Assembly (NCBI GenBank): GCA_963793425.1 | Contig: CAWCAG010000005.1 | Span: 384,001-448,000 of the forward strand | Length of the DNA stretch: 64,000 nucleotides | From: an uncultured cyanobacterium | GTDB taxonomy: Bacteria > Cyanobacteriota > Cyanobacteriia > Cyanobacteriales > CAWCAG01 | Reading direction: 5' to 3' | In this document: piece after piece, positions 59,940 through 64,000 of the stretch | Numbering within the stretch: position 1 is the stretch's first letter | Layout of the letters: the number at the start of each line of letters is the position of its first letter | Position numbers and translations under genes: made by a program | Notes under the pieces: generated by a model | What the model was told of the DNA's origin: nothing | The model's database searches: none | What the model saw: the letters and a program-made list of their open reading frames with translations, nothing else

Positions 59940-62900
59940 ATGGAAGCGGACTTGACAACACAAGAAGTTGAGGAACTCCAAGCTAAACTCAAGCAGATGC
60001 AAGAAACCCTGGCTGCTATCAATCAAGGGGTGGTTTGGGTTGGCAATGATGGTGGGATACAGTGGTGTAACAATAGCTTTTTGGGGTTGGTCAATAGCTT
60101 GCAGGAAAGTTTAAAGGATGTTAGCTTACCTGAAGTATTTCCCTTAAGTCAAAATGGGCAGATTCTTCCTCTAGATGTATATCCTCATGTATTACTCTGG
60201 CAACAGCAATACGAAACGACCATTTATCAGTTGCAACAGGGGAAAAATATTGTAAATGTAGAAATATCGGGTCTTTGCAGCTATAACCATCAAGGTGAGA
60301 AGATAGCTATCTTAACTATTTCAGAACAGCCTCTCGCTGCCCATGAAGCTGAGCAACGGCTACACCAACAAAGTCAAGTTCTCACGAATTTGGCCCAACA
60401 CCAAGCCTTAGCAGAAGGTAACTTAGAGTTGGTTCTACAAGCAATTACAGAAGCAGCAGCAGAATCTTTAGCTGTAGAAAGAGTGGGAGTATGGCTTTAT
60501 AATAGTGACTGCTCGAAATTAGAATGTGTTGACCTCTACGAAGCTCGGAAAAAGCAGCACTCCGCAGGTTTGGAGCTTACAGCAACAGAACATCCTAGTT
60601 ATTTTAAACAACTAGCAACTGCCCGTACTATTGCAGCCCACAATTCTCATCGTGATCCTCGTTTAAAAGAGTTTTTGCATTCTTACTTCATCCCTTACAA
60701 CATTGCTTCAAACTTAGATGCAGCAATTCGCTTAGGGGGAAAAGTGGTGGGAGTTCTGGGCATTGAACACAAAGGTGTATCCCGTCGCTGGACATTATCA
60801 GACCAGAACTTTGCTGCTTCTATTGCTGATTTTGTTACTTTAGCCCTAGAAGCTAATCAACGAGCCTCCACCCAAGCCATTTTACATCGTAACAATGCTT
60901 TACTCAAAGCCCAACAAGAAGCTGCACCCGATGGTATTTTGATTGTTAATGAACATCGGCAAGTTGTTTATTACAATCAGCGTTTTTGTCAGCAATGGTC
61001 TATTTCTGAGCAAGTAATGGCAACGGCAGACTCGTTGCAACTAATTAATTATGTGACAACCCAGTTGTTGCAACCGGAGAAATTTGTCGCTAAAGTTAAC
61101 TATTTATATGATCATCCCCAAGAAGTTAGTCGAGATGAAATCATTTTAAAAAATGGGCGAGTTTTAGACCGCTATTCTTCTCCTATTCAAGCTAGCAGTG
61201 GAGAATATTATGGCAGAATTTGGTATTTCCATGATATCAGCGATCGCAAACAAAGGGAAGATTCTCTGCGCTTAATTGTGGAAGGAACTTCAGCTAAAAT
61301 TGGTAATGAATTTTTCTGTTCCTGTGTCCGTTCTTTAGCAGAGCTATTGCAAGTTCCCTATGCTTTCATTTCTGAATTTGCTGATCATACCAAGCAAAAA
61401 GCTCGTACCCTAGCCTTTTGGCAAAAAGGGAGCTTGGGAGAAAATTTTGAGTACGATCTGGCACATACTCCCTGTGCAGAAGTTATAGAAGGTATGAAGT
61501 CTATTTATCCCCACTCAGTGCAATCTCTTTTCCCTGGGGATGCTTATTTGGTGAAGTGTGAGGCTGAAAGTTATATCGGTTTACCCATTGTTAACACCGC
61601 CGGAACTATTTTAGGGCTTTTAACCGTAGTAGATACCAAACCCTTAGAAGAAAAGAATTTGGAGGTACAGAACTTAATTTTAGAAATCTTTGCAGCCCGT
61701 GCTGGGGCTGAGTTAGAACGGGAGTATGCCGAAAAAGTTTTAGCTAGGCAACTGCAACGGGTTCTTTTAACGGAGCAAATCACCCAAGATATTCGCCGCA
61801 GTTTAGACTTACAGACTATCCTACAAACCACTGTAAATCAAGTTGGCCCTGTTTTTGGTGTAGATCGCTGTCAAATTTTCACCTACCAAACTACTCCAGA
61901 AGCTAAAACTCGTGTGGTTGCGGAATATCTCCTTCCCGAATTTGCTTCGATGTCGAATATGGAACTACCCTTAGAAGATGCTGCTTGTGTTGCCCACTGC
62001 CTTGCCCAAGAAAAAGCCATAGCTTACTCCAATGTCTTTGCTGTGCCGATTTTAAAACGTTCTGTTTGCATTTACGAGCAGTTTGAAGTTAAATCTCTCA
62101 TTGCTGTACGTACCTCCTATCAAGGAAAAGCCAACGGTGCAATTATTCTGCAACAGTGCGATCGCTTCCGACAATGGACTCCAGAAGAAATTGAATTAAT
62201 TGAAGCAGTTGCGGCTCAATTAGGCATTGCTATTGCCCAAGCTAAGCTGTTGCAACAGGAAGCAGATGCTAAACGCAGCGCTGAAGTGGCGAATCAAGCT
62301 AAAAGCGAATTTTTGGCTAATATGAGTCATGAATTGCGGACTCCTCTCAATGCTGTTTTAGGTTTCACTCAGTTAATGAAACAGGATGATAACTTAACCA
62401 AGAAACAGAAAAATTCCCTTAGCATCATTAACCGTAGTGGCACTCACCTCCTAGATTTAATCAACGATGTGTTAGAAATGTCCAAAATTGAAGCGGGACA
62501 TACAACCCTTGATGCTACAACTTTTGATTTACATCAGCTTTTGCAAACTCTACAAGAAATGTTTCAAATTGAAGCCGATCAAAAAAGGCTTTCTCTGGCA
62601 TTCAATCTTGCCCCTGAACTTCCTAAATACCTATTTAGCGACGAGAAAAAGCTACGCCAAGTACTAATTAATCTTCTCAGCAATGCTGTTAAGTTTACCT
62701 CCACCGGAGGCATTACTTTAACAGCAAAACCAAACCCCAAACTCTTAGAAAATACTTGTTCTATCTACTTTGAAATAACTGATACTGGTAAAGGTATAAC
62801 CACCAAAGAACAAGCAAAAATCTTTCAACCATTCGTACAAACCATTAGCGGCATCCACGCCCAAGGTGGTACAGGGTTAGGACTCGCCATCAGTCGCCGC

Positions 62901-63254
62901 TTTGTCCAATTAATGGGGGGAGACATTAACTTAAAAAGCAGCATCAACCAAGGTTCTACTTTCAGCTTCAACATCAAAAGCAAACCCATCTCCCAGTCAC
63001 CTCATCTCCTCCCCCCATCTCCCCATCCCCCCATCCCCCAGTCACCTCATTTCTCTCTCTCCTTCATGTCCCTCAAATGGCTCAAAAAACTACAGCAAGC
63101 TGCAATTGAAGTAGATGCTGAGGTAATTCAAAAACTCCTCACAGAAATCCCAGCAAGTTATCAAGCAACGAGAATTAAGCTATTTGAATTAACTTCTAGT
63201 TATTGTTTTGATGAAATAATAGAATTAACTGAAGTTGCGATCGCCAATTGCTAA
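59940..63254 (+). CDS. Multi-sensor (PAS/GAF) histidine kinase
   Basis: PAS and three GAF-like domains; [17 protein letters not shown]; no receiver domain. Confidence 0.9.
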   Translation: MEADLTTQEVEELQAKLKQMQETLAAINQGVVWVGNDGGIQWCNNSFLGLVNSLQESLKDVSLPEVFPLSQNGQILPLDVYPHVLLWQQQYETTIYQLQQGKNIVNVEISGLCSYNHQGEKIAILTISEQPLAAHEAEQRLHQQSQVLTNLAQHQALAEGNLELVLQAITEAAAESLAVERVGVWLYNSDCSKLECVDLYEARKKQHSAGLELTATEHPSYFKQLATARTIAAHNSHRDPRLKEFLHSYFIPYNIASNLDAAIRLGGKVVGVLGIEHKGVSRRWTLSDQNFAASIADFVTLALEANQRASTQAILHRNNALLKAQQEAAPDGILIVNEHRQVVYYNQRFCQQWSISEQVMATADSLQLINYVTTQLLQPEKFVAKVNYLYDHPQEVSRDEIILKNGRVLDRYSSPIQASSGEYYGRIWYFHDISDRKQREDSLRLIVEGTSAKIGNEFFCSCVRSLAELLQVPYAFISEFADHTKQKARTLAFWQKGSLGENFEYDLAHTPCAEVIEGMKSIYPHSVQSLFPGDAYLVKCEAESYIGLPIVNTAGTILGLLTVVDTKPLEEKNLEVQNLILEIFAARAGAELEREYAEKVLARQLQRVLLTEQITQDIRRSLDLQTILQTTVNQVGPVFGVDRCQIFTYQTTPEAKTRVVAEYLLPEFASMSNMELPLEDAACVAHCLAQEKAIAYSNVFAVPILKRSVCIYEQFEVKSLIAVRTSYQGKANGAIILQQCDRFRQWTPEEIELIEAVAAQLGIAIAQAKLLQQEADAKRSAEVANQAKSEFLANMSHELRTPLNAVLGFTQLMKQDDNLTKKQKNSLSIINRSGTHLLDLINDVLEMSKIEAGHTTLDATTFDLHQLLQTLQEMFQIEADQKRLSLAFNLAPELPKYLFSDEKKLRQVLINLLSNAVKFTSTGGITLTAKPNPKLLENTCSIYFEITDTGKGITTKEQAKIFQPFVQTISGIHAQGGTGLGLAISRRFVQLMGGDINLKSSINQGSTFSFNIKSKPISQSPHLLPPSPHPPIPQSPHFSLSFMSLKWLKKLQQAAIEVDAEVIQKLLTEIPASYQATRIKLFELTSSYCFDEIIELTEVAIANC
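62985..63050 (+). repeat. C-rich octamer-type repeat inside the kinase gene
   Basis: ccccatc-type units with cccagtcacctcat twice; encodes [22 protein letters not shown]. Confidence 0.75.
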
Positions 63255-63285
63255 TTGTTAAACATTTCTTTATTCATTTTCTAAA

Positions 63286-63948
63286 ATGCTCGAACACCAA
63301 ATCAGAGATATAGTAACTTCCGAAATTGAAAATCCTACTTTTGGTGTTACTGAACAATATTTGCAGATACATGAGGTTGTGGAAGAAAATGGGTTAATTA
63401 AAATTGAGCGAATTGATTTAGAAGGAAAAGATAATTTGGCGATCGCTTATGTTCCTGTTGTCAATGAATTTTTTCACTTCGCAGTTTGTGTCGATTTGCA
63501 AGAAAAACGATTTGTAGGAATTCATACAGAACCCTGTAATAGAGTTTATTTACGCGCTATTTCTGATAGTTTATCCCTAGAAAAACTAAAAAGTTTAACG
63601 AAGTTAAGTCCAACTAAATCTTGGAATAAAGGAGACTTCAGAAACGAAGATCGTTCACCCTATAAATATAAATTTAGTTCCTTTAAACTACTACCTAATC
63701 CTGAACCAGACTCATTTGAAGACAAACTAAAGAAACTCCTTGATTTACTAGAAACTGATCAGCAAGGAGTTACGAATCTTATTGAGAAAGCAGAGGCAAA
63801 TGTTACTGTAGCAATGAACTTTCACAATGGCAATGGAATGCTTGGAGGAATGTCTATTAATCCTGAAAGTATTAAACGAATGGGTAAGCTCAATTTATCA
63901 ATCGATTTTGACCTCTATGCAGATGGAAATAAGTTTTTGCAAGATTAG
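63286..63948 (+). CDS. DUF4279-like protein
   Basis: LSPTKSWNKGD and C-terminal LNLSIDFDLY. Confidence 0.65.
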   Translation: MLEHQIRDIVTSEIENPTFGVTEQYLQIHEVVEENGLIKIERIDLEGKDNLAIAYVPVVNEFFHFAVCVDLQEKRFVGIHTEPCNRVYLRAISDSLSLEKLKSLTKLSPTKSWNKGDFRNEDRSPYKYKFSSFKLLPNPEPDSFEDKLKKLLDLLETDQQGVTNLIEKAEANVTVAMNFHNGNGMLGGMSINPESIKRMGKLNLSIDFDLYADGNKFLQD

Positions 63949-64000
63949 AGTTATCTAACTACTTTTTTTCTTTAAGATAGTAAATACTAACTGGTAGCTA

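Overview
AT-rich cyanobacterial chromosome segment. HIP1 GCGATCGC sites, psbH/psbN, ccmO, raf1, ndhR and a Synechocystis-like pilGHIJ-mlaE order support this assignment; the Ni-SOD hints at a marine or alkaline lineage. Most of the window is core genes: corA, ldcA, hemE, ndhR, plsY, the hmpF/pilGHIJ motility locus, htpG, lnt, furA, sufE, raf1, ccmO, tatA-psbH-psbN, several sensor kinases, FKBP, a cysteine desulfurase and rbp. The most unusual part is the co-oriented minus-strand run at 52.2-59.7 kb. It holds a guanidine-operon-type HypB(GhaB) and ABC transporter without guanidine hydrolase, HypA or a riboswitch, placed directly upstream of sodN-sodX. These are followed by a divergent PII protein (S49N, E85N) with its own NtcA box. 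Other observations: lnt is frameshifted inside an octamer repeat; a decayed islet is bracketed by duplicated lnt 3' sequence; there is a probable group II intron 5' remnant, a candidate rod-shaped sRNA, a triplet of DnaA boxes, SDR-like inserts in HIP1 sites, and a small HTH/RHH/metalloprotease islet. All family calls come from motif recognition by eye; no database searches were run.
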